Shown piece after piece: positions 42,131 through 50,844 of a stretch of 64,000 bases of DNA (the first letter of the stretch is position 1; every line of letters starts with the position of its first letter). The position numbers and the translations under genes were made by a program. Under the pieces are notes generated by a model. The model had not been told where the DNA came from. It did not search any database and was given only the letters and a program-made list of their open reading frames with translations. Where the stretch lies: NCBI GenBank assembly GCA_963931285.1, contig OZ006999.1:51937-115936 (forward strand). Direction: 5' to 3'. The stretch is from an uncultured Atopobiaceae bacterium. GTDB lineage: Bacteria > Actinomycetota > Coriobacteriia > Coriobacteriales > Atopobiaceae.

Positions 42131-42239
42131 CGGGAGCCGGAGCGAAGACCCCCGTTGCCCCCTGAAAAAGAAGGGGGCAACGGGGGGCTGCTGGGCAAAA
42201 TGGCCCTCCGGAGGCCGATTGCTACATGCTTTTGAATGT

Positions 42240-42272
42240 AGTGATGAAAAGGGACTGTCCCTTTTCATCACT
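42240..42272. repeat. REP-like palindrome, GATGAAAA subfamily
   Basis: AGTGATGAAAAGGGACTGTCCCTTTTCATCACT. Confidence 0.9.
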
Positions 42273-43131
42273 CTGCGACAGCCTCGGCCCAGCTCTCGGC
42301 CGTGATGGTCACGGACTCCTCCGGCAGCGTGACGCGCGCGACCTCGACGTTCTTCTCGGCGTCGATGACGGTAATCCCTACGTGCCAATCCGTGGTTCCG
42401 TCGAGCGCCTGCAGGGTGGCGCACATCCCAGGGACGGCCATGAACGCCTGGCCCACGAACAGCGGCTTGTCGAGAAGTGCGGGCGAGGCCGCGATGGTGA
42501 CGGACGCGTGGTCATCCGCGACCTCCATCGCGCTCACGTCCTCTGATTCGAGCAGCGAGGTCACGCTCCCATCGAGGCTCTGCTCCACGTCCGCCCGGTA
42601 GTTTGCGAGTTGCAGCTCCGTGAACGTGAGCACCAGGTCCTCGCCGTCCGCGCGCGCCGCGAGCGCGAGCTCCGAATCCCCCTCGAAGTCTGCGACCAGC
42701 TCTTCGGCGGTTTGCGAGAAGAACCTCAGCATGGACGCGGGGAGGCGCACCTCGCGCGCGTCGCCGAGCGACTCGTAGAAGCTGACGGTGGGCTCCCAGT
42801 CGTAGACCTTGATGGGGAAGGAGAGTTCTTCGGAGGGGTCGCCTATCCAGGTGAGAATCACGTCGTCGCCGACCTCGGGCAGCGCGTCGTTGCCCCAGTC
42901 GGAGAAGCTTGCCGTGCCCCGCACGTCTGCGTCCGTCTGGCCCTGCGGGAGTACGACCTTGTCCGGCAGCTCGAGGATGCGCACTTCGGCGGTCTGGCTC
43001 TCCTCGTCCACCGAGAAGACGAGCGCGCGCACGTGGTGACTGACGGGGCCGCCTGTCGAGTCCGAGCAACCGGGCAGCACGACCAGGCAGACCGCGCACA
43101 GCAGGGCGAGAAGGGCTTCGCGTCGCGTCAT
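42268..43131 (-). CDS. Putative lipoprotein
   Basis: MTRREALL..LPGC signal and lipobox. Confidence 0.8.
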   Translation of the reverse strand: MTRREALLALLCAVCLVVLPGCSDSTGGPVSHHVRALVFSVDEESQTAEVRILELPDKVVLPQGQTDADVRGTASFSDWGNDALPEVGDDVILTWIGDPSEELSFPIKVYDWEPTVSFYESLGDAREVRLPASMLRFFSQTAEELVADFEGDSELALAARADGEDLVLTFTELQLANYRADVEQSLDGSVTSLLESEDVSAMEVADDHASVTIAASPALLDKPLFVGQAFMAVPGMCATLQALDGTTDWHVGITVIDAEKNVEVARVTLPEESVTITAESWAEAVAE

Positions 43132-43138
43132 GATTTAC

Positions 43139-43609
43139 TCACTTTCCGGTGTAGCTCCGAACGGCATACTCCTGGTTGAGATCGACCAGAAACGTAATGG
43201 GCCCCTGGTCGTCGGTGGCCTTTCGCCATGAGCCGTCGACCGAGAAGAACGACTCACCCTTGTAGCTGACTAGCTGGACCTCGATGGTCCCGTCCGAGGC
43301 CGTCTCCAGCGCGTAGACGGCTGGGCTGCCCAAGAGCTGGAGGTCTCTGAGCTCTTGCTCGGCGCCAAAGCGCCTCCCCCTGAGCTCCGCGAGCGCTGCG
43401 AGAACGGAGTCCCGGTCCTCGTCCTCGAGGGCGATGGGGTCGTTCACGCCCATGGCGTCCGATAGGGTGATTGAGGCGACGTCGTCGCGGTCGAGTCCCT
43501 TGAGGGGCATGTCGGTAACGACGCCGAGGCCAGAGGCAAGGAGCACCAGCACAACGACCAAGCAGAACACGATGACGTAGGGCATCTTGCCAAGACGGGT
43601 CCTTGCCAT
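43139..43609 (-). CDS. Membrane-anchored hypothetical protein
   Basis: GGAGG RBS, N-terminal TM helix. Confidence 0.7.
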   Translation of the reverse strand: MARTRLGKMPYVIVFCLVVVLVLLASGLGVVTDMPLKGLDRDDVASITLSDAMGVNDPIALEDEDRDSVLAALAELRGRRFGAEQELRDLQLLGSPAVYALETASDGTIEVQLVSYKGESFFSVDGSWRKATDDQGPITFLVDLNQEYAVRSYTGK

Positions 43610-43918
43610 ATGGCCTCCCTCGACGTGCGGAGCGTGAAACCGATTCTAAGGTACGGGCTCGATGTTCTTCTCGGCCTCCTGGGGGTTCTCGGCCAAGGGG
43701 GGCATGCCCGGCAGGCGTAGCGGCGAGATGCGCTCAATCGACAAGCACGTGCTATCCTAGACGCGGCCTTTCCGTCGATCAGAAGGGGGCAGCGATGAGG
43801 CAGGCGAACGAGGAGACCCTCCGCTAGGGAGGCCCGTTCCCGGCGTGACCCGGTGACGCCCGCACAGGCGGGTGGGCCTTGGCGTGCCGACAGCCTCCCC
43901 GAGGGATCCGACCGCAGG

Positions 43919-43947
43919 CTTGACAAAGGGACTGTCCCCTTGTCAAG
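43919..43947. repeat. REP-like palindrome, TTGACAA subfamily
   Basis: CTTGACAAAGGGACTGTCCCCTTGTCAAG. Confidence 0.85.
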
Positions 43948-43975
43948 GTCGACCCTTCGTGAAAGGCATCCCAAC

Positions 43976-45154
43976 TTGATACCGCTCTACTACGCCTACG
44001 TGGCGTTCTCCAACCTGTCCATGGTCTCCACGGTCATGGGCCTCTACCTCGAGCACGTGGGCTTCTCGCTCGCGGGCGTCGGCGTGCTGTTCGGGGCGCT
44101 GCAGCTGGGCAAGACCCTGCTCGAGGTGCCCACGGGCTTCGTCGCGGACCGCTTTGGGAGCCGCGCGAGCCTGATTGCGGCGGTGGCGCTCGAGATGGCA
44201 GGCTACTCCCTCATGCTCGTCGCGCGGGGGCTCCCGGCGATGCTGTGTGTGATGCTCGTCCTCTCCTCTGCCTACACGCTCACCACGGGATGCGCGACGG
44301 CCATCGTGGCCGACCACCTCATCGCGCGCGGCCGCGAGGGCGAGCTCACGCGCGTGAGTGCCGTCTCGCGCATCGTCTTCTACTGCTGCTACGGGGCCTC
44401 GGCGCTCGCGGCGGGGCTGCTCGCCGATGTGGGCTACGCCCTCGTCTTCGCGCTCTCCATCGCGTCGCTCGCGGGCGCGCTCGCCTGCGTGCTCCTCATG
44501 CGCGACGACCGGGCGGGCGAGAAGGACGGCGCGCCCGCGGCCCCGGTCCGTGCGCTCGAGGCCGCGCGCTACGTCGCCGGCTGCCGCCCCGTGCTCTACT
44601 ACGTGCTGGTTGAGGGCGCGGTCGCGTGGTCGATGGTGCCCGTGGACGACTTCTACAACAACTACCTCAACGGCTACTTCGGAGTCCCGCTGTCGGCGGT
44701 GGGCGCGGTCGTGGCGGCGCAGTTCGCGGTCACGAGCCTCGCGGGGCTGGGCAGCTCTCGGCTCGCGCGGCGCCTGGGGGACGCGCGAGTGACGCGGCTC
44801 GGCCCTCTCGCCGTGGTCGCGCTCTTCCTGGCGTTTGCGTTCTGCGCGGAGCCCCGGGCGGCCGTTGCGCTCTACATGGCGGGGCTCGCGGCGTTCTGCC
44901 TCGTGAGCCCCGTGCGCACCAAGGTGCTCAACGTCGCGCTGGACCCGCGCTACCGCGTGACCTCGCTCTCGTTCGCCTCGATCGCGGTGTCGCTGCTCTC
45001 GGCCGTCTCGCAGCCGCTCTTCGGCTGGCTCTCGGGCCTGCTGGACATGCGGCTCGCCATGGTGGCGCTGCTCGCGACGTCGATTGCCCTCCTCGGCGCG
45101 ATCAACCTGGCGTTCTCACACACCGACCTGCTTCAGAAGGAGGCGCATTCATGA
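43976..45154 (+). CDS. MFS transporter
   Basis: EVPTGFVADRFGSR motif A, about 12 TM helices; TTG start inferred from GAAAGG (ORF open from 43853). Confidence 0.88.
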   Translation: MIPLYYAYVAFSNLSMVSTVMGLYLEHVGFSLAGVGVLFGALQLGKTLLEVPTGFVADRFGSRASLIAAVALEMAGYSLMLVARGLPAMLCVMLVLSSAYTLTTGCATAIVADHLIARGREGELTRVSAVSRIVFYCCYGASALAAGLLADVGYALVFALSIASLAGALACVLLMRDDRAGEKDGAPAAPVRALEAARYVAGCRPVLYYVLVEGAVAWSMVPVDDFYNNYLNGYFGVPLSAVGAVVAAQFAVTSLAGLGSSRLARRLGDARVTRLGPLAVVALFLAFAFCAEPRAAVALYMAGLAAFCLVSPVRTKVLNVALDPRYRVTSLSFASIAVSLLSAVSQPLFGWLSGLLDMRLAMVALLATSIALLGAINLAFSHTDLLQKEAHS

Positions 45155-45624
45155 CCATCGAGCTCTATCGCCCCGCCGTGCGCGACCTCTGGTTCAAGCG
45201 TGAGCTCCTGGCCGACGAGGCCACCATGTCCTACAACCGTGCCTGGGGAGGGACCGTCGACTTCCCGGAGGACCTCTGGGGCCGCTGGCACGACGCCTGG
45301 GTCGCGCGCGAGGACGAGGGTCGGCGTTACTACCGCTACCTGCGTGACCTAGACGCCGGTGAGTTCGTTGGTGAGGTCGCTTACCGTTGGGACCCGGACT
45401 ACGACAGCTTCATCACGGACGTGCTCGTCCACGCCCGCTTCCGCGGGCGCGGGTACGGCGCCGCTGGCCTCGAGCTCCTTTGCGACGCGGCCCGCGGACG
45501 CGGCGTCGCGACGCTGCGCGACAACGTCGCCCTGGACAACCCTGCCATAGCCCTCTTCCTGCGCCACGGCTTCGTCGAGGAGTGGCGCAGCGACGAGTTC
45601 GTCATGCTGAGGCGCGATCTGTAA
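45151..45624 (+). CDS. GNAT acetyltransferase
   Basis: VHARFRGRGYG, NPAIALFLRHGF. Confidence 0.9.
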   Translation: MTIELYRPAVRDLWFKRELLADEATMSYNRAWGGTVDFPEDLWGRWHDAWVAREDEGRRYYRYLRDLDAGEFVGEVAYRWDPDYDSFITDVLVHARFRGRGYGAAGLELLCDAARGRGVATLRDNVALDNPAIALFLRHGFVEEWRSDEFVMLRRDL

Positions 45625-45631
45625 ATCGGGT

Positions 45632-45693
45632 AACCATGCATACCCGTCATTTAAGGACGAAAAATGGGTCGGATTTGACGGGTGTGCATGGTT
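45632..45693. repeat. 18-bp inverted repeat
   Basis: AACCATGCATACCCGTCA / TGACGGGTGTGCATGGTT. Confidence 0.7.
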
Positions 45694-45836
45694 GGCCTTT
45701 TGTGGCGGGGGCTGATAATCCACCAGCGGGCCCTGGCAGACCGTCCGCCGGGTCGGGGCGCCTGCCCCCCCCGATTGGGTACTATACGTCAAAGGTCGGG
45801 CGACGTGCTCGGTCTGGCTCTGGAAGGTGGCGCGTC

Positions 45837-46175
45837 GTGGAGTACGTCTGGATGTGGGGCATCATCGCCGGAGTTCTCGCGGTTATCTCCGTCGTGCTTC
45901 TCAGCGGGCGGGGCGCAGGCTTCCTCGCCGGTTACAGTACGGCTTCGCCCTCGGATCGAGCCCACGTCAGCGCATCGAAGCTCGCGAGAACCATGGGAGG
46001 GGCGATTCTCGTGTGCGCGGCCTATGCCGTTGCCGTTGCGCTCCTCGTCTACGCACATGTCCAGGGTGCCGTGGACAGAACGACGCTCTTCCTTACGTGC
46101 GGCGTCGGCGCGATTGTGCCCATCGCTGCGCTCTGCGTCGCGGGCTATCGCGCGAACATGGGGACGTGTGTCTAG
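45837..46175 (+). CDS. Small membrane protein (DUF3784-like)
   Basis: GRGAGFLAGYST..KLARTMG pattern with three TM helices. Confidence 0.7.
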   Translation: MEYVWMWGIIAGVLAVISVVLLSGRGAGFLAGYSTASPSDRAHVSASKLARTMGGAILVCAAYAVAVALLVYAHVQGAVDRTTLFLTCGVGAIVPIAALCVAGYRANMGTCV

Positions 46176-46286
46176 TTTTTCCCACCCCAACATCTCGCGC
46201 GGAAAACCGCGCAACTCGTGAGGGATCTCGTCACGCTCGCCGCCTGCGTCGTATCACATACTGGATACGAAAGGATGTGATTCGAC

Positions 46287-48203
46287 GTGCAAGAGACGAA
46301 AGCTGCTGTGGCGACTCAGCGCCGTTATGGCTTCGTGAGCAACGTCGCACAGCTCCTGCGCTGGCTGGTTCGCATCTGCGGGCCTCGTGCGCTCGCCGTG
46401 TGCGCGTTGGATGTGGCCGCAGGTGTGACGCAGCCCTTCCTTGCGGCGGCCCTTCCCAGCGTCGTGGTTGCCGCGCTCACGTCCGGGGCGGAGCCACTTG
46501 TTGCGCTCGCGCTCGTGGCGGGTGCGGCCGCCCTGCTCCAGGTGCTCGTGGTGCTCAAGGCCTGGACGCAGGCCAAGTCCAACTGGTATTACACGTGCAC
46601 CCGCGTCTGGGGCGGGCTCGACCTCTGCCGGGACGCCCTCGCCGCGGACTACCGCTACATAGAGAGCGACGAGGCGCATAAGAAGCTCGACCTCGCCACC
46701 CGCGCGTTCTTCAACGACAGCTCCATGGGCGTCGAGGAAGCGCTGCGGCGGCTCTTTGCCGCAGTGGGCGGCGCGCTCGGCATGGTGGCGTACGCGGCGG
46801 TCATCGGCATGTTTGTCCCGTGGCTGCTCGTGCCGCTCGCGCTGCTCACCGTTGTCTCCATCGCGGCGAACCGCTGGGCAAACGAGAAGAGCTATGCCGT
46901 CATGGACGACGAGTTCGCTGCAAGCGAGGCCTTTGATTACCTCAGGCGCCAGGCGCTTGATTCCGCCAACGGGAAGGACATCCGCCTCTACCGCATGGCG
47001 GCGTGGTTCAAGCGCGCCTTCGCACAGGTGCTCGATCGCAACGTTAAGCTCAGGGACATCGAGTACGGGGCCTTCGAGCGGGCAGGAAACGTGGCCGCCG
47101 CCTGCGCCCTTGTCCGCGATGGTGCCTCCTACGTCACGTTCATCTGGCTCATCTTTGCCGGCTCGATTGACCTTCCGGCGTTTCTGCTGCTTGCGGGTAT
47201 GGTCTCCGGATTTGGCACGTGGATGCTGACCGCCTTTGACAGCCTCTCCGAGCTCACGGTCCAGCTGCGCCACGTGAGCGCATACCGCGAGGTGCACGAC
47301 GACTGCGCGCCTATCGCTTGCGGCACAAACGCCGCCCCCAACCCTGGCTGCGCTCACGAGATTCGTCTCGACCACGTGTCCTTCTCGTATGACGGCAGCG
47401 AGGACGCGGTGCACGACCTCACCCTCACCATACACCCTGGCGAGAAGATCGCCCTCGTGGGCGTCAACGGCGCGGGCAAGACCACGCTCGTGAAGCTCCT
47501 CTGCGGGCTCTACCGCCCCACGTCCGGCAGCATCTACCTCGACGGCGTTGACGTTGCGTCCATCAATCCCCGGAGCCTGTGGCGTGAGTTCTCGGTGGTC
47601 TTCCAGGACTGCTTTCCCTTCTCGTTCACCGTTGCGGACAACGTGAGCTGCTCGGGGGGCGAGAAGGACGTGGATCCCACGCGTCTGGATACCAGCCTTG
47701 CCCAGGCGGACCTCGCCGAGAGGGTCGCGGGGTTGCCGCATGGCGCGGAAACCCACCTCGGGCAGGACGTTGACCCCGAGGGTGTCTCGCTCTCCGGTGG
47801 CGAGACCCAGCGGCTCATGCTCGCCCGCGCGCTCTACAAGGGCGCGCCGGTGGTCCTTCTCGACGAGCCGACCGCGGCGCTCGACCCGTTGGCTGAGCGC
47901 CAGATGTACGAGCGCTACGACGAGCTCACGGCGGGCAAGACGAGCGTCTTCATCTCACACCGGCTCTCGTCCACGCGATTTTGCGAGCGAATTCTCTACA
48001 TGGAGGGCGGGCGCGTGGTCGAGCAGGGCACGCATGACGAGCTCATGGCCGCGGGCGGCGGCTACGCCCGCATGTTCGAGACCCAGGCCCGCTACTACGA
48101 GGATGATTCAATTGGGGACAGACCCCTTTTGAATCATGAGTTCGATGATTCAAAAGGGGTCTGTCCCCAATTGAATCATGGGGGTGATGAGGATGCTGAG
48201 TAG
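46287..48203 (+). CDS. ABC exporter (TMD+NBD), C-terminus extended by a REP doublet
   Basis: GVNGAGKTT, LSGGETQR, LDEPTAALDP. Confidence 0.93.
   Translation: MQETKAAVATQRRYGFVSNVAQLLRWLVRICGPRALAVCALDVAAGVTQPFLAAALPSVVVAALTSGAEPLVALALVAGAAALLQVLVVLKAWTQAKSNWYYTCTRVWGGLDLCRDALAADYRYIESDEAHKKLDLATRAFFNDSSMGVEEALRRLFAAVGGALGMVAYAAVIGMFVPWLLVPLALLTVVSIAANRWANEKSYAVMDDEFAASEAFDYLRRQALDSANGKDIRLYRMAAWFKRAFAQVLDRNVKLRDIEYGAFERAGNVAAACALVRDGASYVTFIWLIFAGSIDLPAFLLLAGMVSGFGTWMLTAFDSLSELTVQLRHVSAYREVHDDCAPIACGTNAAPNPGCAHEIRLDHVSFSYDGSEDAVHDLTLTIHPGEKIALVGVNGAGKTTLVKLLCGLYRPTSGSIYLDGVDVASINPRSLWREFSVVFQDCFPFSFTVADNVSCSGGEKDVDPTRLDTSLAQADLAERVAGLPHGAETHLGQDVDPEGVSLSGGETQRLMLARALYKGAPVVLLDEPTAALDPLAERQMYERYDELTAGKTSVFISHRLSSTRFCERILYMEGGRVVEQGTHDELMAAGGGYARMFETQARYYEDDSIGDRPLLNHEFDDSKGVCPQLNHGGDEDAE
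48103..48179. repeat. REP doublet inside CDS
   Basis: Perfect 35-bp inverted arms (48103-48137, 48145-48179) with a 7-nt spacer. Confidence 0.93.
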
Positions 48204-50028
48204 CCTGGCGTTTCACAGGACGGGGCTGCGGCTGCTCGCCCTCGTGCGCAAGATCGACCCGGCGCTTCTGCCAGTGAGCCTCATCTACGCGCTCACTCAG
48301 GTGGCGGGCATCTACGTGGGCCTTGCGCTCACGGCAGGGCTCGTTGACGCGCTCGTGGCGCTCGAGCTTCGCGGGGCGGTGGTCTATGCGTCGGCCCTCG
48401 TGGTGACATCCTTTGTGGTCTCCTGTGTCTGCGCGCGCTGCAAGCGACGCGCGACGGTCGGCGGCATGCGGTGCGCCTGGCGCTTTAGCCTCATGCTGCG
48501 CGAGAAGACCCTCTCGCTCTCCTACGAGACCGCCGAGGATCCCAAGCTCGCCGAGCGCATCGCCTACATCGAGCGAACCGCCCAAATGCACGGCAGCATC
48601 GGCACGCTCCCTCGCTTTTATCGCGACCTCATTGGGGCGGCAGTCAACATGCTCACCTGCGTGTCTCTCGTGGTGGCGCTTGCGTTTACGCGGCCCGCGA
48701 CAACAGGCGTGCTCGGCGTCGTTGCCTCACCTGCGGTCTCGGTGCTGTTGTTGGCGCTCGTTCTTCTCATCTCGCTCGGCGGAAACACGCTGGTGGGCCG
48801 TTTTCGCGCGCGCCTTCTTGAGTGGGTTACGAGCACGCACTCCTCCGTTGAGAACCGCATCATGTACCTGCTCAACCTCGTCCTCTTTGACCGGCGCGTA
48901 CCCAAGGTGGCACGCATCTACGACATGGGCGACATGCTCATGCGCAATCTCGAGAAGAACCATGGCGCTTCGATAGAGTACTTCGATCGCTGGATTACGG
49001 GCGAGCGGCGCATTGACGTGGGGACGAGCGCCGTCAACGCCGTCTTCACGGTGGCCTCCTATGCGCTCGTGGCGGTGAAGGTACTTGCGGGCGCCATCAC
49101 CGTGGGTGCGTTCACCCAGTACGCTGGCGCACTCGCGCAGTTTGGCGCAGCGTATACGGCGCTCGTGTCCAACAACGGAGACCTACGTCAATGCTGCGGC
49201 TACCTGCGGGAGTTTCTTGACTTCATGGAGATGGAGGACCCGCGTCCCGCAGGTTCCATCCCGGTTGAGAAGCGCGATGACGGGCAGTTTGAGCTTGCCT
49301 TTGAGCACGTGAGCTTCCGCTATCCCGGGACGGACGCCTGGGTGCTGCGCGACGTCAACCTCAAGATCGACACGCTCGGCAAACTTGCCGTGGTAGGTCC
49401 CAACGGCGCGGGCAAGACGACGTTCATCAAGCTGCTCTGCCGTCTCTACGACCCCACGGAGGGGCGCATCACGCTGAACGGCGTGGACATCCGCAAGTAC
49501 GACGAGGAGGAGTACCGCGACCTCTTTGGCGTGGTCTTCCAGGACTTCAAGCTCTTTGCATTTCCTGTGTGGGAGAACCTGGTTGCGGGCTATGAGCGCG
49601 ATGACGCACGCCTGTGGAAGGCGCTCTCCCAGGCGGGGGCGGACGAACTCGTGCGCGCGTGGTCCGAGGGGCTTGAGACACGCCTCTACAAGGACCTCGG
49701 CGACGGCGTGACGCCGTCGGGCGGCGAGGCGCAGAAGCTCGCGCTGGCTCGCGCGCTCTACAAGGACGCGCCGGTCGTGATTCTGGACGAGCCCACGGCG
49801 GCACTCGACCCCATCTCGGAGGCGGAGGTCTACGCGGGGTTTGACCGCATGGTTGAGGGTCGTACGGCAATCTACATCTCGCACCGCATGAGCAGCTGCC
49901 GGTTCTGCGACGATATCATCGTCTTTGACGGCGGGCGCGTCGTGGAGCGGGGGAGCCACGACGAGCTTCTCGCCAAGCGCGGACTCTACGCCCAGCTCTG
50001 GGACGCTCAGGCAAGCTACTACGTGTGA
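48187..50028 (+). CDS. ABC exporter (TMD+NBD), paralogue of the preceding gene
   Basis: GPNGAGKTT, SGGEAQK, LDEPTAALDP, ISHRMSS. Confidence 0.93.
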   Translation: MRMLSSLAFHRTGLRLLALVRKIDPALLPVSLIYALTQVAGIYVGLALTAGLVDALVALELRGAVVYASALVVTSFVVSCVCARCKRRATVGGMRCAWRFSLMLREKTLSLSYETAEDPKLAERIAYIERTAQMHGSIGTLPRFYRDLIGAAVNMLTCVSLVVALAFTRPATTGVLGVVASPAVSVLLLALVLLISLGGNTLVGRFRARLLEWVTSTHSSVENRIMYLLNLVLFDRRVPKVARIYDMGDMLMRNLEKNHGASIEYFDRWITGERRIDVGTSAVNAVFTVASYALVAVKVLAGAITVGAFTQYAGALAQFGAAYTALVSNNGDLRQCCGYLREFLDFMEMEDPRPAGSIPVEKRDDGQFELAFEHVSFRYPGTDAWVLRDVNLKIDTLGKLAVVGPNGAGKTTFIKLLCRLYDPTEGRITLNGVDIRKYDEEEYRDLFGVVFQDFKLFAFPVWENLVAGYERDDARLWKALSQAGADELVRAWSEGLETRLYKDLGDGVTPSGGEAQKLALARALYKDAPVVILDEPTAALDPISEAEVYAGFDRMVEGRTAIYISHRMSSCRFCDDIIVFDGGRVVERGSHDELLAKRGLYAQLWDAQASYYV

Positions 50029-50103
50029 TCCAATTGGGGACAGACCCCTTTTGAATCATTTGGTTCAAAATGATTCAAAAGGGGTCTGTCCCCAATTGGA
50101 TCA
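50026..50103. repeat. REP doublet
   Basis: 34-bp inverted arms TGATCCAATTGGGGACAGACCCCTTTTGAATCAT with a 10-nt spacer. Confidence 0.93.
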
Positions 50104-50121
50104 AGGGGAGGGGAGAAGGAC

Positions 50122-50844
50122 GTGCTGCGCGTTGCCGTTGTTGATGACGAGGAGGCGGCCCGAGAGATCTACGGCGCGCTCGCGCGCGACTGGGCTCGAC
50201 GGCGCAGCATCGAGGCTGAAGTTGCGGCCTTTGCGTCCGCCGAGCAGCTGCTCTTCTCGCTGGACGACGCGCCGTGCGACATCGTCCTCCTCGACATCGA
50301 GATGTCGGACCTCGACGGCATGGGCCTTGCCCGCGAGCTGCGGGCCCGCAGAGAGCTCACGCAGATCGTGTTCGTGACGGGCATCATCGATCACGCACTC
50401 GACGGCTATGACGTGGACGCCGTCTCCTATCTCATCAAGCCCGTTCGCGCCGAGAAGCTCGAAGCCGCGCTCGACCGTGCTCTCGATCGTGCGGGGCGAG
50501 AAGAGCCCGTGCTCGTGGTGGAGTCGGCGGGTGAGATTAGTCGTGTGCCCCTCACGCGCATCTGCTTTCTCGAGGCACGCGGCCACGACACGCTGGTCAC
50601 GCTCGCGGACGGCACGCGCCTCGTCTCGACGCGCGGGATTTCGCAGATGGAGGCGGAGCTCGCCAAGGTGTCCGGCCTCTTCCTCAAGACGCACCGCTCA
50701 TATTTCGTGAATCTCCCGCACGTGCGGCGCATCACGCGGCGTGAGGTCGAGATGGACACCGGCGACGTCCTCCCCATCGCCCGCGGGCGCTGGGAGGAGC
50801 TCAACCGCGCGTGGCTCGCGTGGTGTCGGGGGACGCTCGCATGA
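50122..50844 (+). CDS. LytTR-family response regulator
   Basis: VVDDE, LDIEM, YLIKP; FLKTHRSYFVNL LytTR motif. Confidence 0.93.
   Translation: MLRVAVVDDEEAAREIYGALARDWARRRSIEAEVAAFASAEQLLFSLDDAPCDIVLLDIEMSDLDGMGLARELRARRELTQIVFVTGIIDHALDGYDVDAVSYLIKPVRAEKLEAALDRALDRAGREEPVLVVESAGEISRVPLTRICFLEARGHDTLVTLADGTRLVSTRGISQMEAELAKVSGLFLKTHRSYFVNLPHVRRITRREVEMDTGDVLPIARGRWEELNRAWLAWCRGTLA

Noticed and set aside
43795-43827. Leader peptide MRQANEETLR upstream of the MFS
   Set aside because: Has an RBS but no regulatory codon run or attenuator structure; more likely a chance or remnant ORF
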